Source: Chiloscyllium plagiosum
Taxonomy: Eukaryota
DNA: 49,524 nucleotides
Assembly: GCF_004010195.1 (NCBI RefSeq)
Contig: NC_057720.1
Location: 26,972,024 to 27,021,547 of the forward strand
Direction of reading: 5' to 3'
The notes below the pieces were generated by a model. It ran no database searches and had not been told where the DNA came from. It saw only the letters and a list, made by a program, of their open reading frames with translations. Position numbers and translations under genes: made by a program. How positions within the stretch are numbered: position 1 is the stretch's first letter; each line of letters starts with the position of its first letter. Shown piece by piece: positions 1 to 12,005 of this stretch.

Positions 1-154
1 CCCCTCCCCCAAGTCCCTCCTCCCTACCTTTTATCTTAGCCTGCTGGACACAATTTCCTCATTCCTGAAGAAGGGCTTATGCCCGAAACGTCGATTCTCC
101 TGTTCCCTGGATGCTGCCTGACCTGCTGCGCTGTTCCAGCAACACATTTTCAGC
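1..154 (+). mobile_element. Penelope-like element 3' terminus (family A), cut by the window edge
   Basis: Near-identical to the copies at 6227-6545, 25075-25164 and 49302-49463; contains the hammerhead core CTGAAGA..GAAACGTC. Confidence 0.8.
65..92 (+). ncRNA. Minimal type-I hammerhead ribozyme motif (family A)
   Basis: CTGAAGA-A-GGGC-TTAT-GCCC-GAAA-CG-TC; palindromic ACGT stem III, GUC cleavage triplet, weak stem I. Confidence 0.75.
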
Positions 155-2014
155 CCAGGAGCAATGACATAGCATATCATATTTGAATCTAGCCAACAGC
201 CCATTCTTGTCAAACGCATCAGCTGGTCAGTGGGATATTTTTCTGCATGAGGTGGTAAATGTTGACGCGCAATTCTTTTTCTCAGGTTAGAGGCCTGATG
301 TCTCTCTCTATTTTCCAACTCCCTCCCTTAATACTTACAAATCAATACCAATGCTCAGATTCTTATCACTAAGATAATCAGTCTTTAGCGAGGTGCAAAC
401 AGTTGATTGAAACTGATTGGAGATCCTACTTCACCGCAAGATAATGAAGCTACTTAAATGAGTAAATATAGGAAACTAACGAGGTGCGAAAATCTTATTG
501 AACTGCATTTTATAGATTATAGGTGGTGTTGTTGTAATTGTATCCTATGGTAATTGAGTATGCTTAGTGGCGTTTGGCAAATGTCGGTAGCTTTTAGAAA
601 TGAGTAGGAATATTATAAATGGTAGGGGTGGAAGCCACAGCATTTCAATGCAGCAACTACCTTTCAGATTGGTCTGTCCTTCAGTGTCAAACAATGACCA
701 TGAGCCATTTGCTCATGACTTGGAAGGCCTTGGAAGATTGATCGTGTTTCAGTGATAATTATTTTCTGTTTTAACCTTATTAACAAAGTCATGTCTGATT
801 GATCTTGCTCAGAATAATCGGGTAGTTGATAAGGCAAGTAGCATGAGGTAAGTGGGCAATAGAGTGCCTCACAAAATCATATGTAAAATGTATTTCTAAA
901 AATTAATGAAAAGATTTGATTGCAAGGTTGTATTTAAGCTTACAGCTTCACAAATTTAAGGTGAAATATGAAAATTGATTAAGATATTGTCTAAAAGGTA
1001 GGAATCATATATCCAATCCGTTAGGACATACAGTCAGAATCAGTGAATAAGCTCTGTGCTCACAGTATGTCACTGAGATAGCTGAGTTCCATCTGAGCAG
1101 TGGGAATTTGTACGTCCAACAAGGAATGTACATTGTGAACATTAATTGCAATGGAAACTTATTGCATTACCTTAGATAGAAACAGGGTGTAGGGAGGAAA
1201 GTTTAGTTCTGTTGCATTTTCAGAAGTTTTCAATTTGAAACATTTTCCTCAAGCTGTGAGCCTGACATGAAGTATCTATTGTAAATATTACAACTATTAC
1301 AATTGTAGCGAAATAGTAGAGTGGAACTGCTATATGGAGATAAGTTGAAAATTGCAGCAGTGCAACAAAATTCAAGTTGATACATTTTGCAATGTACTTT
1401 AACAGTTTTCTGAATAAAATATAATTTTGGGAAAAAATTTAGAACTCTCGTTGATTTTAATAATTTAGTTGCATCCCATTTCGCTGAGAATCAAGCTGCA
1501 AATTCCTGCTATCATAAAAGTTCAAAATATTATCAGAGTATGCAAAGACTCCAATTTACTCAGTACGATGATAGTACCAGGCTAACAAATAAAAAAGACC
1601 AGCTTTCTGTATTTAACAAGAACAATAATTTATTACAAATAAATAGATTCTACCCACAGGAGAATAACTATGAACTGCTGATGTATAATTCTACATATAA
1701 TTAAAGCTTGAACTCCTTTCTAACTGCCCCCACACACCCCTTCCCCCCCACCCTCCCCCAACCCCCACACACACAAACAAAAAAATGGTATTATGGTTGA
1801 AGGGGAAAAAATATTCTGGGAAACAGTTTGATACCCGCAATCCTTAGGGATTGCTGGAGTGATGCTTTTGTTTCCTAATTCCTTCAGGTTCTCTTATTTC
1901 TTCACATTAGGTACAATGTGAGTCGTTCATGAATTATAACATCTCTGACTTAATCATTATAAACAACAGCTTATAGAAAGTAAACTAGCTTTCTTCAGGC
2001 TTTAGGTATTTATT

Positions 2015-2037
2015 AGAGAGAGAGAGAGAGAGAGAGA
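2015..2037. repeat. (GA)n microsatellite
   Basis: Direct inspection. Confidence 0.95.
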
Positions 2038-2489
2038 CACCGTCTACTCCTTCAGCAGTCCAAAGGTTTCTGTTAGTATCGTTCACATCCACAAACTGTT
2101 CGGTGACCCAGGAACCAATCAGATAGTTATCGACAGGTTAACGACCTTTAGCATCCACAACTGGTCATAACTCCACAAACTAACCAGCAACCTGTTGCCA
2201 GCTAAATTTTACTTTGTACAGATTCCCCAGAAACAGGCCATCTACAAACATCTTCCCCTAACTGACTGAACAAAGCAATAGCGTAAACACAATGCACAAT
2301 GAGCTTCAGTGACATGCTTTTCCGCAGTTATTTTGTTGTATTGTGGTCTTTTCCACAATTCATTCCAACATAAAGATAGTTCAAAAATAAAGTTAAAAAA
2401 ATGGTCTTTACTGATGGTCTTTACCTCCACAGGCGCCTTGACCATCGTGGCCTAGATTTCAAGCCATTTGCTTGCCACATTCAGTTAGA

Positions 2490-3661
2490 GATCTATATGG
2501 ACTTCAGTAAGGCATTCAACAAAGTTCCCCATGGGACACTGATGAGCAAGGTTAGATCTCATGGAATACAGGGAAAACTAGCCATTTGGATACAGAACTG
2601 GCTCTAAGGTAGAAAACAGAGGGTGGTGGTGGAGGGTTGTTTTTCAGACTGGAGGCCTGTGACCAGTGGAGTCCCACAAGGATCAGTTCTGGGTCCTCTA
2701 CTGTTCATCATTTATATAAATTATTTGGATGTGAGCATAACAGGTATAGTTAGTAAGTTTTCAGATGATACCAAAATTGAAGGTGTAGTGGACAGCAAAG
2801 AAGGTTATCTCAGATTACAATGGGCTCTTGATCAGGTGGGCCAATGGGCTGAGGAGTTTAGTTTAGATAAATGTGAGATGCTGAATTTTGGGAAAGCAAA
2901 TCTTAGCAGAACTTATACACTTAATGGTAACATCCAGGGGAGTGTTGCTGAACAAGGAGACCTTGAGTGCAGGTTCATAGTTCCTTGAAAATTGAGTTGC
3001 AGGTAGATAGGATAGTGAAGAAGGCATTTGGTATGCTTTCCTTTATTGGTCAGAGTATTGAGTACAGGAATTAGGAGATCATGTTGCAGCTATACAGGAC
3101 ATTGGTTAGTCCACTGTTGGAATATTGCGTGCAATTCTGGTCTCCTTCCTATTGGAAAGATGTTGTGAAACTTGAAAGGGTTCAGAAAAGATTTACAAGG
3201 ATGTTGCCAGGGTTGGAGGATTTGAGCTATAGGGAGAGGTCGAATAGGTTAAGGCTGTTTTCCTAGGAGCATTGGAGGCTGAGGGGTGACCTTATAGAGG
3301 TTTATAAAATTATGAGGGGCATGGAGAGGATAAATAGACAAAGTCTTTTCCCTCGGCTGAGGGAGTCCAGAACTAGAGGGCATAGGTTTATGGTGAGAGG
3401 GCAAAGATATAAAGGGGCAACTTTTGCACGCAGAGGGTGGTACATGTATGGAATGAGCTGCCAGAGGAAGTGGTGGAGGCTAGTACAATTGCAACATTTA
3501 AATGGCATTTGGATGGGTATATGAATTGGAAGGATTTGGCAGGATATGGGCCGGGTGTTGGCAGGTGGGACTAGATTGGATTGGGATATCTGGTGGGCAT
3601 GGACAAGTTGGACCAAAGGGTCTGTTTCCGTGCTGTACATCTCTATGACTCTATGACTCTA
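2490..3661 (+). mobile_element. CR1 LINE, 5'-truncated (RT C-terminal half and 3' UTR)
   Basis: YMDFSKAFNKVPH, GVPQGSVLGPLLF, KFSDDTK and LEYCVQFWSP motifs with stops and frameshifts; (CTATGACT)n tail. Confidence 0.95.
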
Positions 3662-4000
3662 AGTCCCTTGAGAGGAATGAAACTTCAGGATGTGGGGAGT
3701 ATGAGATGCATCATAGCTGGCAGAAGTGCTGCGTTGCCAATGAACTTTGTCGAACAATGCAGTAGATTTTTAACCTGAAGTCCCCAAACTGCAAGTGGTG
3801 ACAGCAACTTTAAATAGATGCACTCTATTCACAAACATGACTTTATTAGTGCCACCACAGCCCTCCTGAAACAGCAGCACCCCAAGAGAATCTAGTGACT
3901 GTAATAACAACTCAGTTGCCACTTTAGGTCTCAAATGGGAAACACAGTATACATCTTGGAGCTTGTTGAAAGAAATCGCAACTCCGGGCACCCAGGTCTC

Positions 4001-4051
4001 CCTCACCTCACCACACCACACCACACCACACCACACCACACCACACCACAC
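4001..4051. repeat. (CACCA)n pentanucleotide microsatellite
   Basis: Direct inspection. Confidence 0.95.
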
Positions 4052-4529
4052 CCCAGCCCTCTCCTACTCATTCTCATTCATACACATTCAACCTGGCCAC
4101 TCACCACCACTAAGATCATGACCATCTTTTAGGCAATATTGCGCCATCATAATTGAGTAAGCTGCATCAGGATTAAATATCCCAAGTTTTATCTAACACT
4201 TCTCCTACGTTCACAGTTAGACAGCAGTTTCCATAAACAGACATATGCCTTGTTGGCTTTCATCTTGATTTTGATGCGGCACCCTGCACAAATCAAATCT
4301 CTGTATTTGGCAAGCCATGAATTAGAGAATAATTGTGATGTGTGCCAAAAGTTTGATTCATTTCTGGAGTCAGAATATTGTATATTAACCAATCAGTGCA
4401 TAAAGGCTGAATCTACTCCATGAAATTTGCAAGTTAAATAACGTTTTCCATATCTCAAATGTTAGCATAATAACATTTCCAAATTACCTTATTGGATCTT
4501 TACGTTGAAAACTGTTCTGACTGAGTCAA

Positions 4530-5240
4530 AGAAGAGAAGAGAAGTAGAAATAGTCAAAAATGTTAAGGGACGGCATTCCAGAGTAGGTCCGTGCAGGTGA
4601 AGAAATGGCCACCAATGGTGGAGTGATTGACATCAGGGACGCTTAAGATTGAAATGAGTAAAGATACCTGAAGATTGTGGAGCTCAGGGTGATGACAGAG
4701 AGGAGTGGAAGGATTTGAAAACAAAAGAGTGAGAATTTAAAATTGATTGTTGCATGCTAAGGAGACAACATGGATCAGTAAATATAGGGAGGGGGTGGGC
4801 AGGATCTGGCCTAAGTAAGGACAAAGGAATCCAGCCGGAAGTATATTGTAAAGATCATGTTTAGAGGTGGCCAAGGTATGAATTCAGATTTCAGCAACAG
4901 ATGAGCTGAGGCAGGAGAGATGTGGGAGACATTACGGAGCTGTAAATAAATGGTTTATTGATGGCCCTGATGATTTGACAGCATTTCATCTGATGGTCAG
5001 AAATGACCAAGTTTACCAACAGTCTGGCTTAGCCTCAAGTAGTTGCCATGGAAGGAATGTAGTCAGTGACAAGGGACAGGACTTTGTAACAAATGGTATC
5101 AGTCCTCCAAAAGTTTCATGGGAGGAAACTTCTTTTCATACAGTACTCAGTGTTAAGGTCTGATCATTTAAAGACAGTGGAGGGGCCAGAGAGATGTTCA
5201 AGACATAGAGCTGAGTGCTGACATTAATATGGTGAGCAGA
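4530..5240 (-). mobile_element. Old L2-type LINE fragment
   Basis: Degenerate purine-rich sequence resembling the antisense of an L2 RT/3' region; recognised by eye. Confidence 0.5.
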
Positions 5241-5840
5241 ACTTTCCCATTTTCAGTTAAATAGTTTTGTCAAGTGAGACTCATGGCATCTAGTCTGGCA
5301 TAACTCAAAGTCATATTTCTCATGCAACTTTCAGATCCTCACCTCACCGGCTTGGTGAATGCCTCTCTCAGGGAATCACGTGGAGAGGAGGAAGAGCTTG
5401 TTACTCCCGGTACCTTCTGGCATTCACACCATTGTCAGCATATTTAAAAAATGATGCAAATCATTTCAGACTCTGCAGGTCAGAAATTACCCCTGTACTC
5501 TCGATGGTGGTCAAGCCTCTCCCATTAGGACATGGCCCAGGGAAGAGGAAAGTTCACTCCTTGGTTTGTAAATAGGGACCCAAGGTATTTGTGGATGAGA
5601 TGGCAAAGACAAGGGGAGTACTTTTTAATTGCTGACCAACACCAATGGCCACTAGCCCCAGCCAGCCTGGAAAATATTTGCAGCCCAGATCAGGAATGTG
5701 ATAAAATACTGCCCACTTACCTGAATAAATGCAACTCCAACAACAAGAAGCTTGACATTATCCAGGTTAAATCTGCCTCCTTGATTGGCACCACATCCAC
5801 AAACATTCACTCCCTCCACCACCAATGCTCAGTAGCAGCA

Positions 5841-5922
5841 AAGTTAAAAATCACACAACACCAGGTTATAGTCGAACAAGTTTAATTGGAAGCACACTAG
5901 CTTTCGGAGCGTCACTCCCAAA
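5841..5922 (-). mobile_element. PLE family B terminal fragment with 12-bp TSD
   Basis: TCAGTAGCAGCA at 5829-5840 and 5923-5934; matches the terminus at 20638; truncated within the hammerhead. Confidence 0.8.
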
Positions 5923-6226
5923 TCAGTAGCAGCAGTGTGTGCTATCTACAGGGCACATTGCAGAAATTTGCCAAAGGTCCTGAGACAGCACTTTGCAAAC
6001 CCTTGACCATTTCCATCTAAAATGACAAGGGCAGCAGACATATGGATACACCGCCAGCTGCAATTCCTTCCAAGTCACTCACCCTCCTGACTTGTAAATA
6101 TATCACTGTTCCTTTACTGGCAGTATGTCAAAATCCTGGAATTCCCTCCCAAATGTCATTGTGAGTTTACCTACACCATGTAGTTTACAGCAGTTCAAGA
6201 TGGGAGCTTGCCATCACTTTCTCAAG

Positions 6227-6545
6227 CTGAAAATGTGTTGCTGGAAAAGCGCAGCAGGTCAGGCAGCATCCAGGGAACAGGAGAATCGACGTTTCGGGCA
6301 TAAGCCCTTCTTCAGGAATGAGGAAAGTTTGTCCAGCAGGCTAAGATAAAAGGTAGGGAGGAGGGACTTGGGGGAGGGGCGTCGGAAATGTGATAGGTGG
6401 AGAGAGGTCAAGGTGAGGGTGATAGGTCAGACTGGGGTGGGGGCGGAGAGGTCAGGAAGAAGATTGCAGGTTAGGAAGGCGGTGCTGAATTCGATGGATT
6501 TGACTGAGACAAGGTGGGGGGAGGAGAAATGAGGAAACTGGTGCC
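6227..6545 (-). mobile_element. PLE family A 3' fragment with 10-bp TSD; hammerhead core at 6288-6315
   Basis: CTTTCTCAAG at 6217-6226 and 6546-6555; intact core on the minus strand. Confidence 0.85.
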
Positions 6546-6629
6546 CTTTCTCAAGGGCAATTAGGGATGAGCAATAAACGCTAGCTACCCAGCAAAGCCC
6601 ACATCTCATGAGTGAATAAGGAAAAATAT

Positions 6630-7060
6630 CTTGCAGGTGACAACATTTAAAAGAGGGGAAGAGAGGTTGGAGATGGGGCAGGAATTTGCAAAGACAAGGA
6701 GGTCAAGAGTTGATTTTGAGGGCAGACATGATGACAACAGATTTGAAGGAGAGAGAAGAGTAAGGAGAGAGCCATTAACAATATCATCTAGCATGGCGAT
6801 GAAGAACGGAAGTTGGATGATCAGCAGTTTAGATGGAATAGCATCCAGAAAACTGGAGATGGATTTTACGGATACGATGAGTTCTGAGAGAGCACAATGT
6901 GAATTAGGAATCAAACTGGAGAAAGATACAAGTTCAGACTTAAGGTGAAGGGGTCATCTGAAGCCCAGAGGGCTAGTGGAAAAGAGGAATGGGGAGAGCC
7001 AGCTGATAGACTCGTCTCAGTCTTAGTGACAAAGAAGCCCAAGAGCTCCTCACGATTGTA
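6630..7060 (-). mobile_element. Old L2-type LINE fragment
   Basis: Minus-strand translation LDAIPSKLL..LDDIVNGSL..ANSCPISNL resembles the L2 region upstream of RT. Confidence 0.6.
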
Positions 7061-7190
7061 ATTGAAGTAAAAGGAAAAGGATTTAACATGACAGCTTGAA
7101 GCATGAGAAAGAAGTGGAGTTTATTTTGTACTGTCTATCCACTGCACTGCAGAATTGGCCAGACACTTCATCTCAAAATATCTATTTGAT

Positions 7191-7370
7191 GTGGTGGCAT
7201 GGTAGCAATGCCACTGAAAAAGTGACAGGTGAATGTTCTGGGGACATGAATTCCAATTTCATTCTCTGGAATGGTGGGATTTGAATCCATAAAAACTGGA
7301 TGGTGACCATGTAACCCATCTGATAATGTGGAGGAAATCCTCCTTCCTTACCTAGTCTGGCCTACAAGGG
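7191..7370 (+). mobile_element. Degenerate tRNA-derived SINE (same family as 28287-28613)
   Basis: Shared motifs ATGTTCTGGG and GGAAATC..CCTTACCTAGTCTGGCCTACA. Confidence 0.55.
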
Positions 7371-7594
7371 CATGGAAACTCTAAGCTAGTGGTTCACATT
7401 TCCAATCTACAAATGGATTTTTGTGTTTATATAGCAGCTGGGTACAAAGAGTGGGTGAGGCATAGTACCTCCACGATGATAGATGTTGATAAATTGCCTG
7501 TATATGCTGAAGAACGTAAATAAATCATCCAGATCAGTGCCATTCTCAAACTCCACTGGGAACAGTTATGGAGTGCACTCAGAAAAGTGAAAAG

Positions 7595-7900
7595 GAAGAC
7601 TTGTATTTAAGAAGTGTTTTTCTCAACCTTACAACATTCCAAACACGTTTTAAGCCAACAGTGTCTTTCAAATAGCGTTACTGTTGTAATATGGCCTACT
7701 TGTACACAGCATGATGCTACAAACAGCAAAATGATAGTGACCAGGTAATTGGTTTTCATGTTGTTGTTTTCAGGAGAAATATTTCTCAGGATCCTTGAGA
7801 TAACTCACCTGTTCTTTATATAAACAGTACCATTGGATCTTTCTGACCAACCTTGGTTTAATATTCCATCTGAAGGACACACTACAGACTGTGCAACATG
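7595..7900 (-). mobile_element. Deu-type SINE relic
   Basis: CTTGGTTTAATATTCCATCTGAAGGAC resembles the antisense Deu core; similar to 23190-23530. Confidence 0.5.
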
Positions 7901-7929
7901 TTTTCAGAACTGACCTGAAGCAATCACCA

Positions 7930-8010
7930 ATCATATAGAAAGCCTTAGGGTTTTCCCTAATCCTATCTACTAAGGACCTTTCGTGTCCCCTCCTTGCTGC
8001 TTTTAGTTCT
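7930..8010 (-). mobile_element. Short CR1 ORF2 fragment
   Basis: ARRGHERSLVDRIRENPKAFY. Confidence 0.8.
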
Positions 8011-8409
8011 GGGATCATAAGCCGAGAAATCTTGGTTTTAAAGCTAAACTGTCAACAACTTTGAAAACTTACTAAATATGGTGCTAATGGCTACAAATTG
8101 TAATTACATTTGTATTATTCTCCCAAGAATTTACAAAAGATTTTGCTCATGCATCACTACCCAGTGGATTCCTCTCTATCAAAGGGAATTGCTTTATTAA
8201 ATATAAATTTCCATCAGACTGGTTATCCATCTGTTTTTTTAGTAATTACGTGACAGCCTCCATTTTAAATCTAACTATTTGGAAACAGAAACGATTGAGC
8301 AATATCAAAAGTGCGTGAATTTATCCAAGATTTCTCCTGTTTCAGTACAGGTGAGTTTTCCTGATTTGCATGCTCATTTTCAGGGGTAAAAGGTCATTTT
8401 TGCCTAACC

Positions 8410-8880
8410 TGCCCACAAGGAAGCAACCCACATTCACATCATATTATAACAGCCTATTTTCAGCTCCATAATATTGTCATACTCCATCCCATCCCATTTC
8501 ATTTTGCTGCTGAAACTCCCATTGATGTTCTTGTAACCTCCAGATCAATTTGCACTTCTCCTCGTCCTCCCACATTCTATTCTCCTAAAAAGTCAGCTCA
8601 TCCAAAGCTCTCTGTTCGTGTCCTCATTTGCACCAACTTCAAATCACCATTTGCTCATCAACATTGACTCCTTTTGTTAAATAACACCCCAGTTATAAAA
8701 TGAATTTCTTTGTTTTTAGATCCCTCCTTAGAGCCTTATTCCTCACCAGTTCTGGAAGCTACTTCAGGTCCATAACTTTGAGATATAAAGACCATTCTAA
8801 TATTGGCCTCTTGAGCAGCTCCAACTTTGGTAACTGTACCTTTAGTTGCTTGGGCTCAAATCTCGAGAATTCCTTCATCA
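8410..8880 (+). mobile_element. Old L2-type LINE 3' fragment
   Basis: Degenerate AETPIDVLVTSR and KSQLIQSSL matches to the L2 C-terminal region. Confidence 0.55.
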
Positions 8881-9109
8881 GGCCAGTGTTTCATGGAGTT
8901 AGGTGGGACCCAGATGCAGAAGCCTGACCCTCATTTTCAGCAACTCCACTCAATAAAGTAATCTGAACTCAGTTAACCTTGCGTTTAAGTTGCGAATTGA
9001 TGGAGTAGATATAAGTGCTGTTGAAGTTCTATTTAACTATCGCCATCTCAAGGTTTTTAAAAGCCCCACTGTGCACAATGAAGTAAGCTTCTGTTTTTAG
9101 AAAAAAAAA

Positions 9110-9480
9110 GGCTGTCATTGAAACATTGAAGATTCTGTGAGGGGACAAGACAAGATCAACGCTAGGAGGAGTTTACATTTCATTGGGAACCTAAAATTGG
9201 AGTCACAGTTTGGAAGTAACAGTTTTCTCATTTAAAGTGAAGAGAAGGAATTCCTTCTCTCAGACAAGTCTTGGCAATTATCTTCTTCAGTCAGGTATGG
9301 AGGCTAGGTCATTAATAATATTCAAAGCAGAGTTGGAATTTTGATCAATAAGGGCGTTAAGGATTATGGAGGACAGGTAAGAAAGTGGAATTAAGGCCAT
9401 AATAATATCAGCCATGATCATATTGAGCGGTGTTGCAGTCTTGATGAGCTGCTTGGGGTATTCCTGCTCCTATTTCTTGT
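9110..9480 (+). mobile_element. Old CR1 3' fragment
   Basis: Degenerate CR1 C-terminus and 3' UTR (ATCAGCCATGATC..CCTGCTCCTATTTCTTG). Confidence 0.65.
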
Positions 9481-9579
9481 AATCTTACAGATTTATTTGA
9501 TTAACAGGATATCTGGCATAATTAAATGAAAAATACCATATTTTCATTATTTCAATAGAGGTTTTTGTTGCCATTTCAT

Positions 9580-11131
9580 ATAGAACATAGAACATAGAAC
9601 ATAGAAGAATACAGCGCAGTACAGGCCCTTTGGCCCTCGATGTTGCGCCGATCCAAGCCCACCTAACCTACACTAGCCCACTATCCTCCATAAGCCTATC
9701 CAATGCCCGCTTAAATGCCCATAATGAGGGAGAGTCCACCACTGCTACTGGCAGGGCATTCCATGAACTTACGACTCGCTGAGTGAAGAACCTACCCCTA
9801 ACTTCAGTCCTATATCTACACCCCCNNNNNNNNNNNNNNNNNNNNNNNNNNNNNNNNNNNNNNNNNNNNNNNNNNNNNNNNNNNNNNNNNNNNNNNNNNN
9901 NNNNNNNNNNNNNNNNNNNNNNNNNNNNNNNNNNNNNNNNNNNNNNNNNNNNNNNNNNNNNNNNNNNNNNNNNNNNNNNNNNNNNNNNNNNNNNNNNNNN
10001 NNNNNNNNNNNNNNNNNNNNNNNNNNNNNNNNNNNNNNNNNNNNNNNNNNNNNNNNNNNNNNNNNNNNNNNNNNNNNNNNNNNNNNNNNNNNNNNNNNNN
10101 NNNNNNNNNNNNNNNNNNNNNNNNNNNNNNNNNNNNNNNNNNNNNNNNNNNNNNNNNNNNNNNNNNNNNNNNNNNNNNNNNNNNNNNNNNNNNNNNNNNN
10201 NNNNNNNNNNNNNNNNNNNNNNNNNNNNNNNNNNNNNNNNNNNNNNNNNNNNNNNNNNNNNNNNNNNNNNNNNNNNNNNNNNNNNNNNNNNNNNNNNNNN
10301 NNNNNNNNNNNNNNNNNNNNNNNNNNNNNNNNNNNNNNNNNNNNNNNNNNNNNNNNNNNNNNNNNNNNNNNNNNNNNNNNNNNNTTCTTCCAGCCAGCCA
10401 ACTCTTAATCCAAACCTCCAACTCACCCTCAATGCCATACCTGCGTATTTTTTGCAGTAGCCTACCATGGGGGACCTTATCGAACGCCTTACTAAAATCC
10501 ATATATACCACATCTACCGCTTTCCCCTCATCAACCTCCTTCGTCACCTTTTCAAAGAATTCAATAAGGTTTGTGAGGCACGACTTGCCCTTCACAAAAC
10601 CATGCTGACTATCCTTGATCACATTATTCCTATCCAGATGTTCATAAATCCTATCCCTTACAATTCTCTCTAAGACTTTGCCCACAACGGAAGTGAGACT
10701 CACCGGCCTATAGTTACTAGGGTTATCCCTACTCCCCTTTTTGAACAAGGGACCACATTTGCTATCCTCCAGTCTTCTGGCACTACTCCTGTCGACAAAG
10801 AGGACATAAAAATCAAGGCCAATGGCTCTGCAATCTCCTCCCTTGCTTCCCGGAGAATCCTAGGATAAATGCCATCAGGCCCAGGGGACTTATCTATTTT
10901 CACCTTTTCCAGGATTTCCAACATCTCTTCTCTACATACCTCAAAGCCATCCATTCTACTTAATTGTGACTCAGTACTCACATTGACAACAATGTCCTGT
11001 TCCTGATTGAATACTGATGAAAAGTATTCATTCAGTGTCTCCCCAATCTCTTCAGCCTCCACACGCAACTTCCCACTACTATCCTTGACTGGACCTATTC
11101 CTACCCTCGTCATTCTTTTATTCCTGACATA
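9580..11131 (-). mobile_element. Young CR1 LINE (second subfamily) spanning the assembly gap
   Basis: KSPGPDGIYPRIL, NYRPVSLTSVVGK and YMDFSKAFDKVPH motifs; (ATAGAAC)n tail at 9580-9606. Confidence 0.95.
9826..10385. other. Assembly gap (560 N)
   Basis: Run of n. Confidence 1.
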
Positions 11132-12005
11132 TTTGCCTTGTTTCCCGAGAGCTATTATTTTGTCATTGTGAACATCTGCCCAAAGCAAACCTATAATCAT
11201 TACAGGCGGATGTGTTGAGTTCACAATCAGATTGAAAGTTTGATGTGGCTATTAAAGGATTAGATATCGCTGATGTATGGTCTGAATATTAATCAATGTA
11301 CTTTTAGGTATTTTCTAATCAACCTCGACAGAGATATTATGCATTGGAGCTGGTGAAACCCTTGAACCTAAGCCTCCTGGTACAAAGGATAACACTACTG
11401 CATCACAAAAGCTTTTTAGTTTGTTTTTACAAGCGTTTAAACACTTCAAGTGAAAATTGGAAAATTTCCTGATTCAAGTTATTTGCCTTGTGAAAACACA
11501 ACTCATTGTCTGCCTACCTCTCTTTTCATTTACATAATCCCTTCAAACCTTACTCTTAGACTGTAATGTTGGCCATCTGCCCTAATAACTACTTCTTTGA
11601 TTTGATCATTTTTTTTCTTTGTAATACTCCTGTGAATGTTTTGTCACATTCAAGGTGCTCAACAAATGCGTATTATTAATGTTAAGGGATTACATAAAAT
11701 AGCAGTTTTGCTCTTCCTTTTAACTAAATTTACAGAAACAAAAGTTTTGCAGTTCAGAAGGTGATCATTTAGCACATTTTAACCCAAACTGTCATGGCAG
11801 CAAATAAGTTGGGAAAGGGTTTGAGTCACATGATTTGGTAAAGAGCAAAAGGAAATAACTAAAAGAGAAAGGGATTGGTAACATATGTGAACAATACATT
11901 CAATGCTCATAACAGACACAATGAATATTATTAGAAATATGAATTAAGCTTTGATGTTGTCCTTGGTTATGAAGTTTTGTATTCATTGGAATTGATGAGG
12001 AGGTT

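Larger units (their letters stand above)
5660..6627 (+). mobile_element. Old CR1-group LINE 3' fragment interrupted by two PLE insertions
   Basis: NIHSLHHQCSVAA and KSWNSLP motifs; tail ...GGGCAATTAGGGATG..AATAAA..TGAATAAGGAAAAA shared with the SINE at 28287. Confidence 0.65.

Noticed and set aside
813..853. Possible 35-nt exon ending GAG|GTAAGT
   Set aside because: Weak acceptor, two frames closed, no recognisable peptide
1500..2310. Possible minus-strand solo LTR around the (GA)n tract
   Set aside because: Could not define TG..CA ends or a TSD by eye
6125..6349. Recurrent peptide MCCWKSAAGQAASREQENRRFGHKPFFR in several ORFs
   Set aside because: Antisense translation of the PLE family A terminus, not a gene family
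9668..10748. Long ORFs of 210-310 aa
   Set aside because: Artefacts of reading through the 560-N gap; the real portions are CR1 ORF2
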